23,706 bases of DNA. Origin: Ginkgo biloba (Eukaryota; Plantae; Ginkgophyta). The position numbers were made by a program, and so were the translations under genes. The DNA lies in NCBI GenBank assembly GCA_024626585.2, contig JANKJI020000004.1, positions 90,527,062 to 90,550,767 on the forward strand. The letters are read 5' to 3'. Under the pieces are notes generated by a model. It had not been told where the DNA came from. It did not search any database and saw only the letters and a program-made list of their open reading frames with translations. Positions 1 through 10,822 of the stretch are shown one piece after another. Positions within the stretch are counted from its first letter, which is position 1. The number at the start of each line of letters is the position of its first letter.

Positions 1-1179
1 CCTTAGGGGTGTAACATCTACATTGGTGTAAAACATGCAAAGTATATAACACATATCCAACATATAACACTTCTTCACCCCAAAGGTGCTAAAGTGTGTC
101 TCCAACAATGTGGATTGCCTCTAGGAGATATGGAACACATAAGTTAATGAGAACAATAATCCCTGGGTGCACTAGAGTACAAAAGGAAAAGAGAAAAGAA
201 TCATTAGTTGTGAACCATATAACAACCTAAAAAACATCATGAAAATTTATATCCTAGAACTTAATGGGTAGAAACATAAAGATTAATAATATTGACTAAT
301 GGAATAGAGAAATAATAGAATATGCACTCTTTAATCTATGGTAAAATTAAAGATAAAGACAACCAATGTTTTATATATGGGGATGGAAAAACTATACGGC
401 ACTATTGCCCATTTTTAATAACTCTCAAAACACTCCTCTAGAAAGAGGAATGTTATTAAGAATGAAACAAAAATATGCAAAGACCAACGGTGTTGGAAGA
501 AAAAAATATATTTTAATGATTTAGCCCAAGTACTCATTCTTAATCCCATAACACTCAGGAAAAGAAAACAAAAATAGATGCATTATCCCCCAAAGAAGAA
601 TTACATCACACCATTTCATATTAACATCCATCCAAAGAGAAGAACAAACAATAATTTCAATTTTAGTATTAAAATTTAATTTCCATTAAGTAAGAGGGTA
701 CAAAATTTATAATAAGTTCCCTCTCACAAATTTTATAAAGATTGTCAAGGAAGGCATATTTTTACACATCTTAAATAGAAATATTTAATGCAAAACCTCT
801 CCATAAATCTCACTCTTTTCCAACTCCTAAGCATATTTAATTCCTTCAAACTCCTTCTCCTTATGTGTAACTTTATTTATTTTTCTCTCCTCTTATAGTA
901 TTCTTCCTCTCCCCATTTCGTTTTCTACTCATCACTTCCCTTTCTCTTCTTTTTTAATTTTTTTTTTTTTTTTTAAATGAGTGAAAATAAAGAGTAAGTA
1001 TGGAAGGATTTCCCATAATATGATATGGCCTCCATGTGTAATCACCTCCATGGTGTGGTATGCCACATCATCAAAGAAATCATAAGTAGAACCCTCCATC
1101 TCATAGTCATAATGCACAAGTCAAATCCTCAATTTTATAATCCCTAAGGAGGAGATGGATGCATAGCTCTAATCCATCC

Positions 1180-1850
1180 TTCACCAAAGGTACCTACTAC
1201 AATAATAAGGTAGAAATTTATTTTTTTTATGGGATACTCAATGATGAGCACACAAATCTCCCTTCACACAATGCCCTCCCTTGAGAATTCAAGCTAAGCT
1301 TTTTAAAAGAACCTTCTTCCCCTTTCCATATATCTCACAAGAATTTGTGAGCATAAGCATGTGGGGAAGGCACATTATTTTCACACATTCTCAAACATAT
1401 GTTAGCACGATCCCTAAAATTGGATATACTTCTAAAGAAAAGAAAAAAATGAATGGGCACATCAAATCTTAACTTTCAAAGTAGGTCATAAGAATAAATG
1501 CACAAAAGTAGGAAATATATGGTGGAGTTTTGTACAACATGACACCCTTCCTTTATTGGGAGGGGGGTCCATATATGTAGTATTAAATTATAACCCCTCC
1601 ATATGTGACATGTTCTAATTTATAGATAAATGCATAATTCATACTCCAAAATGCCAAAATAATCAATAATGCATCTATGTGGTTATCATAGCATGTTAAA
1701 TAAAATATGGGAGAAAAAAACACAAAAGCAAGGTCCCCATGTTAAATAGTTTGCTAGAATAATATAATCATGTTGGATTTTTCTATGTCAATCATTTGGT
1801 CCATCTATATATTTCCATGTGGATAATAAGGTCATTCTAACTCCCCCCAT
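1180..1850 (-). mobile_element. Probable degenerate LTR of a Ty3/gypsy-type retroelement, with a PPT on one side and a PBS-like site on the other
   Basis: The minus strand reads GACGAGATTATCTAGATGGGGGGAG (PPT-like; plus ctccccccatc at ~1841-1851) just upstream of the segment. GCTCTAATCCA at 1166-1176 resembles the reverse complement of the tRNA-iMet PBS TGGTATCAGAGC. Termini are degenerate and boundaries approximate. Confidence 0.35.
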
Positions 1851-4475
1851 CTAGATAATCTCGTCATTTAGATCTAGTTATTTAGATCATCTAGTCACTC
1901 TAGTTCCTTCCATCTAAATAATCTACCAACTATAGATCTAGGAAGTTACCACCTAGAATATATGGTAGCTAGTAGGGACCCTACATTCTCAAGCATAATG
2001 AATCTAGGTACTCTAGAGAAAATTTGATGGCATCTTCTAAAAAGTTTATAATACTAGAAATGTTAATGGATAAGGGATGATGGGATTGGCCATTCATTAG
2101 TGATATGGATAAAGGATAATATGAGTGGATGTAGGGAAACTTTGAAAAGAGGAGAAAAATAAGAAGCAAAAAATCAACATCAAAGAAATAGAGAATTCAG
2201 TAGAAAAATAAAGAGTGTCATATAAGGTGTTAGGGATAGTCTAATATGCCATGCATAGTGAGGTGGTGACATGGCACCTAGAAAGAAGGAATTGAGTAGT
2301 ACTATCCAATAAAAAAGTGCACTAGAAAAGTGTTTACACTCCAATATATGGTGAAAGGTGAGTATATAGGAGCCCATTTATACATATGTAAAAAAGGGAC
2401 CTACAATACTCCTAAGTAGAGGGAAACAATAAAAAGAGTAGACAGAAACCCACTCATGTACTAATAGGGTTGAAGCGCAATGCGAAATAGAGAATGCAAG
2501 ATGCATAGGTAAAGCAAAGTGGGTAAGATTCAAAGTGATGGACTTAGGGCACGAGGCCTTTTCTACTTCCATAAAATGACATTTTTTACTTATATATACA
2601 TATATCTATTTGTGCATGTATGCATGATGGCAGACCAAGTGATAAGAAGCTCCAAAAATCAACATGCAAAAGCAAATAGTATTCAAAAACTCATTCCATT
2701 CATAACACCTGACATGCAGGTCCATGCAAAACTCCTTTACATAACATGCAAGGCTGAAAACTATCCACTCCTCCTATTCCATCCCTTCTTATCTCTAAAT
2801 TCGTTATTCCATACATAAAAAGAGAAAACTGTCCTTAACAAACTCCTAAAGTTTTGCTGAGGATTCTGCTCTGAAACATTCTATCCAAAAAAAATGAAGT
2901 TTACTAAAACTGAAATTTGAGGCCTAAACAACATTTTTTTGAAACATTTACCCCCCCATGCCTATGGCCTCTCGGACAACTTTTTTTGCTAACTACACAT
3001 AATTCTGCTCATTTTGGCGCTGACGAGGCGCAAATCAGACATCATATGAAAAGGTTATGGTCATCGAAAGTTGACCTATCTTAGATGCTCCTGCATCAAT
3101 ACTCCACCTAAAATGGGTTTTAGCCTAAATTTGGATTCATAATATTTTTAAAAAATAAGGAAGTAAGATAATAGGATGAATAATAGATGAAAAAATAAGA
3201 GGAGAAGAAGATTGAACCATTTATGTTGGTGCAATTGAAGTTGGTTTATTTTATTAAGATAATTGAACATGCATTAGTTCTATGAGACTAATAAGATTTT
3301 TCACCAAATTTAGGGTCTCCTTTTATTCTCTTTTTCATCTACTATATCATAACTTGAATAGTCTCCACTTGATGTTCAAAAGTACCTTTAGCATACTCAA
3401 CCAACTAAGTTAATCCCTTTCATATTTGTAAGTCCTCCCTGCTATAAAGGGATTCACCATAGGCAATAAAGTATGAAAAATTACTTCTTCTAAAACAACA
3501 TAATTAACCATATATATTCATATAGTATTATACATGGCCCTCATATTAAACATAAGAAAAAAATAAAATAAAAATTGGATAAGAATGTAATTTTAAAATC
3601 CTCTTCTAATGAGTGAATATTATAATACCGATTATTACATCCTTAGTAATGGATTCCCAAAGTATATCCCTTTAGAGTTTGTAGAAGTAGTAATAAATCT
3701 CTAATAAATTTCTTCTAATGGATATTTCAACTTAGTAGAGTATTTTACTAGTTTGGAAAACTTTAGTTGTCTTTTTCTAAAACTAAAATTTAACTCAGTA
3801 TAGAAAAAATGATCTTTAAAAAATATACAAAATTTATAGTATATTCCATATGTTTTCTTGATGGCACAATATCTCTACTAAATTTTACCACTCTAATTTT
3901 TCCTTACATTACAAGTTTATCTGCATCTAAAAAATTATTGATCCTTCTACTTCACGTGCATAAAACTCTATACATGAACCAATGATGGTATTCTACAAAT
4001 GACTTCTAAACCCTTTTGCATTCCACTCTCTTCAATAATATAATCCCAAAGTAAACACATGAATATAAAAGAGATTATTGAAAGAGAATCCATAGAAGTA
4101 AAAAATAATGAAGCGATAGAATAATAATAATTGTATTAAGCCTCTTTAAGATTAGAGGAATTATTCCAACTCAAAATAATAATCTGATATGAGAATACAA
4201 AGAACACAACATATGAACACAAGGTCTAAGGATCTCTTAAATAGATAATCTATGTATAAATATTTTACAATGCACATGAAGAGTTAATCTCATATAAGTA
4301 TTCATGTACTAAAGACTATGTATCCATGTAAGGAGTCTATTAGTCACTAAGTCCATGCACCCATTCATCCAAAAAAAGACTTGATCCATGCAGGAAGTCC
4401 TTATAAGAATATGAATAGTGGATATTTTTCCTCATAGGAGATAATTTATGATAAGGATAAACATTTTATTAAATT

Positions 4476-4575
4476 NNNNNNNNNNNNNNNNNNNNNNNNN
4501 NNNNNNNNNNNNNNNNNNNNNNNNNNNNNNNNNNNNNNNNNNNNNNNNNNNNNNNNNNNNNNNNNNNNNNNNNNN
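4476..4575. other. Assembly gap (100 N); further gaps at 9925-10024, 14495-14594, 15655-15754, 21757-21856 (100 N each) and 22825-22869 (45 N)
   Basis: Runs of N seen directly; 100-N runs are usually placeholders of unknown true length. Confidence 0.99.
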
Positions 4576-4637
4576 TCTTTAAAGTTTAAAGTAGTTGATA
4601 AACTTTAAAAGTTATACTTAGCCAAAATTCTTGTCTC

Positions 4638-4875
4638 TGTCGGTCAAAGTCCAAGTCTGTGAAAGGCCAAGTCGGTGAGAAGGCAAGTCAGTGAAAGGCC
4701 AAGTCGGTGAAAGACCAAGTCGGTGAAAGGCCAAGTCGGTGAAAGACCAAGTCAGTGAAGACCAAAATGATGAAGTCGGTGAAGACCAGACTGACGAAGT
4801 CGGTAAAGGCTAAACCAATGGCATCCAGGAAAGCCAAACCGATGAGCCTTGTTAGTGGAAGCCAAACCGATGACC
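4638..4875 (+). repeat. Minisatellite: ~7-8 copies of the 16-bp unit CCAAGTCGGTGAAAGG grading into ~24-bp units (GAAGTCGGTGAAGACCARAMTGAY) and AAGCCAAACCGATG units
   Basis: Units are directly readable in the sequence. They explain the spurious repetitive ORFs 4688..4891 and 4752..4943. Confidence 0.9.
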
Positions 4876-4929
4876 GTCGACGATTTTTCAAAAAAGAAAA
4901 AATTACTCTTGATAAATAAACCCTGCCTA

Positions 4930-5516
4930 GTATATTCTAACATCCAGATCCCTAATCCTCACAATGAAGGCGTGCAACTAGATTGCTGACTAGCTACCAC
5001 ACATAGCAAGAACCATTACTCACCAGATAACATTTGCCATTCAATGAATGTGTCAAAACTGATTCTGCTTGATTACTAATACTTGCAGAATCAAAAGTCA
5101 AAATCACTGTGTAAACGTTGGCATGATATGGGGCCCAAAAGCTTCCACAATCTATATGGTTGGCCCACTTGTAGAGACCAAAGGTCTTGAAGCTAAGAGA
5201 AGCTTGCCCATTTTCCCAAAGGATAATGGTTCAATCACAGATTTTGAAGATCTGTAGAAAGTTGGAAGTATTTGGGAGTAATCTGTGCTTTACATAGAAA
5301 GGCCATAAGTTTCAGAAGTTGGAAGAGTGTGAATGGGTTCAGACTTCATCACCAATTACTCCAGCAGCTTTTGAAAATGGCAACATAGCAGTGGGCCTCA
5401 AAAAGGTGCACCTTAGATGCTGGAAAATGATTAGATATATGAAGAAATCCAATTCGATTTGGACAGAACGAATGCCTTCATCATTACAACTCCAAAAGAG
5501 AATCTGTTGCCTATAG
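4930..5516 (+). pseudogene. Possible degraded leucine-rich-repeat (NLR-like) coding fragment
   Basis: The frame starting at 5091 reads ...QKLPQSIWLAHL*RPKVLKLREAC...LKICRKLEVF...FQKLEECEW...GLKKVHLRCW, resembling the NLR LRR pattern LxxLPxSIxxLxxLxxLxLxxC. In-frame stops are present. The resemblance is motif-level only. Confidence 0.35.
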
Positions 5517-6450
5517 TGCAGAAGATAGAGGTGATAGTGATAAGCCTGGTGGGTTAAATGCCACATTGCATGTTTTCTTTTATCATGAAAATAATGTCAC
5601 AACTACTAACAGTGCTAATAATTTATGTTATGATACACTGAATGAACAACTTATGAGGTAGAATTTTGTTTAGTACTTCCTATTATAGTGGTAAGATCTA
5701 TGAGATAGAATCAGAGTATGACTTAGAGGTAAGAGCCATACTTCTTTGTGCTCTTGGCACGAAGGATGGATCCTCGTACATAGTAGGGAAACTATACCAA
5801 AGACTTGCCATAGAGCCTAGAAGGGGTGAAAGATTCCCTTCGAAGAAAGTTGATTCATCTAGACCAAGGCAATGCCTAAGGCAAGATCTCAATCTACATT
5901 CAGAGGGACAAGATGAGATGGTGGAAATTAGTGACTAAGGGTATCAAGGTGGTAGCTATTTGAAATAATTATTGGCATGAGAGGACTTTTCACAACTATG
6001 TTTTTTCTAATTTTGGATGTGGAACCCTCAGAGGATTTTTATAAACTAATGTATGTTGTACATATTATTCATAATCCTACATTGTGTACGGATCCAAATT
6101 TTTATTTTTTGAGGAGCCACGCTGTTATATTACAATGTATTTTATCCTTTATGTGATATTAAAGTCTCATTTCTGAAAAATAAATAAATAAATAAATAAT
6201 ACTAATAATAATGTGATGGTTTGAAAAATAGTATGAGATTTTAATATAAATAATCAAGCATTTATTCTTTGGAGTTTGTCACCTATGTTCACATTTAAGA
6301 TTAAAAAAGATTAGAGCCTACTATGATTAGAATGGTTCTCTCACGCATAGAACACAACACAAAATTCGTTCCCTAAATTCAAAGGCTTAAATGTAGAAGT
6401 GCAACATTATATCGAACATTTCCTTTGAACACCACCCAATTATTTTTTAG

Positions 6451-6837
6451 GAAGATGTCTCGTTGGAAGGAGAGGAATGCCATATTTTCACCGAGAAACT
6501 GTTGTTGTATAATGAAATGCAAAAATTTTATTCAAAACCGTCGACGACAACTTTTCCAAAATCCACTGGGTATGTATAAATATTTTGAGTTCCACGTAAT
6601 CCTGCCAACATGGAGCGAGAAATTCAACCAACGTGGAGTAGATACCCTGTCCTAACGAAGCTCGAACGGAATGGACTTCCAAGCTCGCGTTGTAAATTAA
6701 AACTGCTTCTGGCTGATAGCTCCCAATGACATTTTATAAACATAACCACGATCAAGTTTGTTGTCCAGTGCGAACGCATGCACCGGTTAAATCTGGCGTG
6801 GTCCGTCGTCTGAGAATTGGTCGTTGTTGGCGGGGTC
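6451..6837 (-). mobile_element. Composite GH9-fragment-carrying repeat, copy 1 (truncated, CpG-intact) in the Gnk2-like upstream region
   Basis: Co-linear with 11318-11708 (e.g. gttgtaaattaaaactgcttctRgctgatagctcccaatgacattttata shared) and with the reverse complement of ~19650-19965. Minus strand 6835-6801 encodes PANNDQFSDDG, the tail of the GH9 exon. Confidence 0.85.
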
Positions 6838-7097
6838 AATATTTTTTTGAATAACACAGAGATTTGTTCAAATAATTAAAATTGGGTATCGATAATTGGT
6901 CGTTGTTGGCAGGGTCAATTTTTTTTGGAATAACACAGAGACTTGCTCAAATAATTAAAATTGGGTATCGATAAGACCGTGGATTTTGACGACTTTAATT
7001 TATATCCTTCTGTATGCTTTGATGCTTCATTAAATAATTTATATCAAATAATTTATAGCTTTCTGGATGCTTTGACCGTTCATTCAAACACGCCAAT
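6631..7097 (+). promoter_or_regulatory. Candidate cis-elements: ABRE-like ACGTGG (6631-6636), RY element CATGCA (6777-6782), W-boxes (6834-6839, 6913-6918, TTGACC 7072-7077), TGACG (6987-6991), CCAAT (7093-7097)
   Basis: Motifs seen directly upstream of the gene. Short motifs occur by chance, so function is inferred only from fit to a seed-expressed defence gene. Confidence 0.45.
6815..6974 (+). repeat. Tandem duplication, 2 x 79 bp, in the promoter; each unit contains a W-box (GGTCAA, 6834-6839 and 6913-6918)
   Basis: Unit 1 starts aattggtcgttgttggcggggtcaat at 6815, unit 2 aattggtcgttgttggcagggtcaat at 6894. Both end ...aataattaaaattgggtatcgat, with only a handful of mismatches. Confidence 0.95.
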
Positions 7098-7175
7098 TGA
7101 AACCATTCAGCTTTTAACCAAAGGACAGATATCATCTACCCATGGCTGGAAATCTCTCTCAACTCAATTCAGAGC

Positions 7176-7182
7176 TATAAAT
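7176..7182 (+). promoter_or_regulatory. TATA box (cTATAAAT); predicted TSS near 7206-7210 (TCACA initiator-like)
   Basis: Canonical plant TATA 93 bp upstream of the ATG, with a pyrimidine-A initiator ~30 bp downstream. Confidence 0.75.
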
Positions 7183-7268
7183 CATAGATGCCGCGAACGC
7201 TAGACTCACAAGAGCAATAGAAATCATAGTGCATATTAGTGAATAGTGCGTAAGAAATAGCAATAGTC

Positions 7269-7673
7269 ATGAAAACCATGAGAACGAATTCAACATTCAT
7301 TCTTACACTCGCATTGGCAGCAGCGATGCTCATAGTTACAGGAGCTGCCAATACAAACTTTGTCTCGTCTGCCTGCAACACGCAGAAAATTCCAAGCGGC
7401 AGCCCATTTAATACAAACCTGGGAGCGATGCTCGCAGATCTGAATCAAAACACTGCCTTCAGCGGTTACGATTACAAGACCTCCCGTTCAGGAATCGGAG
7501 GAGCACCCACTGCCTATGGACGGGCGACCTGTAAGCAGTCAATCTCTCAGTCTGATTGCACTGCTTGCCTCTCCAATCTCGTCAGCCGCATCTACTCTAT
7601 TTGCAACAACGCTATCGGTGCTCGTGTGCAGCTTGTCGACTGCTTCATCCAGTATGAGCAGAGTAGCTTCTAA
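7269..7673 (+). CDS. GNK2: Ginkbilobin-2-like secreted antifungal protein (single DUF26/Gnk2-homologous domain, Stress-antifung family), 134 aa, intronless; signal peptide approx. residues 1-26
   Basis: Hydrophobic N-terminal signal peptide, C-X8-C-X2-C motif ([13 protein letters not shown]), six Cys, C-terminal [14 protein letters not shown]. About 89% identical (15/134 differences) to Ginkgo Gnk2 as recalled from memory, so probably a paralog rather than Gnk2 itself. Flanked by TATA and AATAAA. Confidence 0.97.
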   Translation: MKTMRTNSTFILTLALAAAMLIVTGAANTNFVSSACNTQKIPSGSPFNTNLGAMLADLNQNTAFSGYDYKTSRSGIGGAPTAYGRATCKQSISQSDCTACLSNLVSRIYSICNNAIGARVQLVDCFIQYEQSSF

Positions 7674-7735
7674 TCCTTTCTTCCATCTCTAGTCAGCAGG
7701 ACATAGTGTCCGATGATCTTACTACTTACCATTTC

Positions 7736-7741
7736 AATAAA
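7736..7741 (+). terminator. Putative polyadenylation signal AATAAA
   Basis: Lies 63 bp after the stop codon and is followed by T/GT-rich sequence. Confidence 0.55.
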
Positions 7742-9799
7742 ATTGGCACCGGCTCTACTGCCAGTCCGAGCTGCTTGGTGCCTTTTTATAAGCTATTATA
7801 GTTAGCCTTTTATGGGTTTCCGTTTACAAATGTGTGTGAAGAATTATTATCAATATGACTATGAAATGTATGATGTGCAATATGGCGTTAAATCAAAATG
7901 ATAGCTAATACATGGTTAAATCAAATTTCATATTTTATAGAGAAGTTGCATTTCCTTATAATTGCAAGACTAATAAAAATCTTGGTCTCAATTGGCTCAC
8001 CTAGCATCTATTTAAGGATAATACAAGTACATGAACATAGAATGTATTGGCAGCTAGTTTACAAGAATAGTTGTTGTAGATCTTTGTATAGAATATAGTG
8101 TTTTATTCCTTAATTTGAAATTTTTTTAACCATCATAATTTAGAAAAGCATTGTATTCAATAAGATAATTATTGTTGGAAAGATAGTTTTACAATATTTT
8201 GGACATATAATATGAACATTACATAATGTAGTAGATCTTAATGCACGTATGATATTCAATTAATTTGACACAAATTACTCAACATATTATCCTTTTTGTT
8301 CCCAAATGAAAGGAGTTTGAATAGTCAACAAATAAAACTTTATTTGAAAGAAAAAGCAATGCATGTTGTTGAGAGTTAAGATAGTTCAAGAAGATCAACT
8401 ACAATCCTTGGTCCAATTGCACTTATTTTAATCCCTTTCGAGGTATTATCATTAGATGAATGAACGAATATACATGAAATGAGTTATAGTCAACCTTCAC
8501 GCACTAGATTTAGAATTCTAATCTAACCAGTCAAATCTTTAGTAAAGTCAGTGCTAACACAACTGGCCTGGATGTAATCTTGTTTCTCTATTCCATATCT
8601 TCTATTTATGGCTTCACACAACCCATTATATTTTAATTTCACCCTCATGCCACTTGCATCAATCATTATTTTCCATCGTGATTGATCACCATATCATTCC
8701 ATCTATTGGCACGTTAGATTCTTTTGTGTTACACTTTCCAATGACCACCATTTTTAATTAAAGATTACACACCCTCTTCCGTGTCCTTTGAATCATCTTA
8801 ATCCTCATAATTTCGTAGGCCTTTCAATGTGTTCCAATACAATCCTAATGGTCATAGCACTTTAGTTATTTTCACACCAACTCTTTTTCATGATCACTCT
8901 TCTCTCTATAGTTAGTATTTGTAGTAGTCATTGTATTACCATGGCAAATCACCAAAGTGCCAATGATGAATTCTTTCTCCTGTATACGTCTTTGTGGGAT
9001 TCAAAGGAGCATGAACATAAACGTATCTGCTAGATTTAGAAGTCAAGGATGAGTTAGTTTTTATCGATAGTTTAGATGCTCAAATAGATTCCTTTGGCAA
9101 TTTAGAGGATTGGGACATAACAGACACGTTTGAATGAGAACTGGGAAAATTTTACTCGAACAAAGTTCTCTCAAATTTTTTTATTGCCCCGTCATCTATA
9201 CTTCCCATAGGTGGAATTAAGAAGGAAAGACACCTTAGATGACACTATGACTATTATCCCCAATGATATTTTCCATCCAACTTGGAAGGATGGCATAGGG
9301 AGTTTTGCGATTATGCTACAATGCCATGATAGTTAAGCTTTCCCTTGCTTGTTTTGTTCTATTGGAATATATCTCTCTCAACTCTATTTTTAAACTTTAG
9401 GCGTAGTTTTTTCTATAGTTTGTTATATATCTAGCTTTGTTTATGTTAGATGTACTCATACAAACTAGTTAATACTAGTTAAAAAAACCTCTAGTTATGG
9501 CATATAACACATTATGTAATATTGTGACATGCATAACATACATATGACTCTATAATCACCTTACTATTGATATTAAAAAAAAAATCACATAATATAATAG
9601 AACATAATTCATATTACTTATAGAACATAATAGAACATAATTTGGGATGGCAAAAAGTTTTAACATCCTATGAACTCTCTATTTCTCAAAATATATTACC
9701 TATAGAATCTAAGTATAATTTTTGTGCATGTATATATCAAATCAAAATCTATAAAACATTTAAAACCACCACACACACACAGACACCTACTCACATTTA

Positions 9800-9847
<48 letters not shown>

Positions 9848-9870
9848 TACATATATGTATATGTATATGT

Positions 9871-9902
<32 letters not shown>

Positions 9903-9924
9903 GTATATGTATATATATATATAT
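9800..9924. repeat. Compound microsatellite (GT)n(AT)n(ATGTAT)n running into an assembly gap
   Basis: Seen directly; source of the Y/I/M/C-rich ORFs at 9642-10059. Confidence 0.97.
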
Positions 9925-10354
9925 NNNNNNNNNNNNNNNNNNNNNNNNNNNNNNNNNNNNNNNNNNNNNNNNNNNNNNNNNNNNNNNNNNNNNNNNNNNN
10001 NNNNNNNNNNNNNNNNNNNNNNNNTAGTTACTGAGGTAAATTTATGTAATGCTTGCTAAAGACAATGCTTGCACTATTGAAAGAATGGGAGTTGGTGGAC
10101 ATAAAGTTACATAAAATGATGATACTATTTTAGAACCTTCAATTCTATATCAACATACTTGCAAATAATATTGAGTTGAACACGTTAAACTAGGATTTTC
10201 AAGAAGGTGATTGAACATCACTTCAATTCATCATATTTTAGATGCATACTAGTCATTACCCATGGTAAATAGTTGCCATGGGTCCCATCCCTCTATTTGT
10301 ATTCCGTTCCCCTTTTCCCATTTCACGTTCTTCCATTTTTTGTTGTTTTACCTC

Positions 10355-10503
10355 GCATATCATGGGAATGCTTGCACAAAAAATCTTAAGTGTAGAGTTC
10401 CATCTGCTATGAGTAAGAAATCCTCCCATAGATGGGTGAAAAAGAACCTTTGTTTAAGGGGCCCAACCCACAAAGAAACTGCAATTTTTTGTTGTAATAA
10501 ATT
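10355..10503 (-). pseudogene. UDP-glycosyltransferase PSPG-box fragment, copy A (premature stop: [27 protein letters not shown])
   Basis: Near-identical to 12534-12680; the CAA (Gln) codon of WAPQ is TAA here. Confidence 0.85.
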
Positions 10504-10575
10504 GCATCAAATTACCTCACATCCTTATAATGCCATAATCTACTACACTTTCAAGGTTCCTCACACAATTCCTCA

Positions 10576-10822
10576 GTTACCACAATTGGCATAAAGCATC
10601 TCATCTAAACATATCTCCTCCAGAACCGTCACCACAATTGGCATTAATCGATACTCAACCTCAAAATAGTAGAACATCTAAACTCTACATTGTTCCTCCA
10701 GAATAATCACTACGATTGGTATAAAGCATCTAAGCTCAACATAGCTTGTCTAGAGTAGTCACCATGATTTCCATAAAGCTTCTCAAATCAACATATCTTG
10801 TCCATAACAATCACCACGATTG
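10576..10822. repeat. ~52-bp minisatellite inside Helitron copy A
   Basis: Recurring gtcaccacgattggcataaagcatctca... units, same organisation as 13079-13325. Confidence 0.85.

Noticed and set aside
3900-4040. Minus-strand WNAKGF resembling a LINE endonuclease start (WNxRGL)
   Set aside because: No downstream QET or other endonuclease motifs; likely chance.
4578-4609. 11-bp perfect inverted repeat tttaaagttta / taaactttaaa
   Set aside because: AT-rich, short and adjacent to a gap; expected by chance and no function can be assigned.
4651-4765. CRISPR-like regular repeats (also 13079-13325 and 15304-15630)
   Set aside because: Head-to-tail tandem units without unique spacers, in eukaryotic DNA with no cas genes.
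4688-4943. ORFs 4688..4891 and 4752..4943 with repetitive FTD/LHR motifs
   Set aside because: They are translations of the 16/24-bp minisatellite.
5666-5938. 90-aa ORF MFSTSYYSGK...
   Set aside because: Non-ATG start, no recognisable domain or promoter context; probably TE debris.
6425-6857. ORFs 6425..6655, 6488..6682, 6624..6857 and the similar 19827..20009 as genes
   Set aside because: They lie in the composite repeat; the frames are broken by stops and indels in the sibling copies.
7175-7381. Antisense ORF overlapping the Gnk2-like gene
   Set aside because: Shadow frame of the signal-peptide coding region; no independent support.
9642-10059. Y/I/M/C-rich ORFs
   Set aside because: Microsatellite plus N-gap read-through.
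10262-10594. Duplicated + strand ORFs [11 protein letters not shown]... (also 12441..12734)
   Set aside because: Antisense shadows of the UGT fragment and Helitron end; their similarity reflects DNA duplication, not protein conservation.
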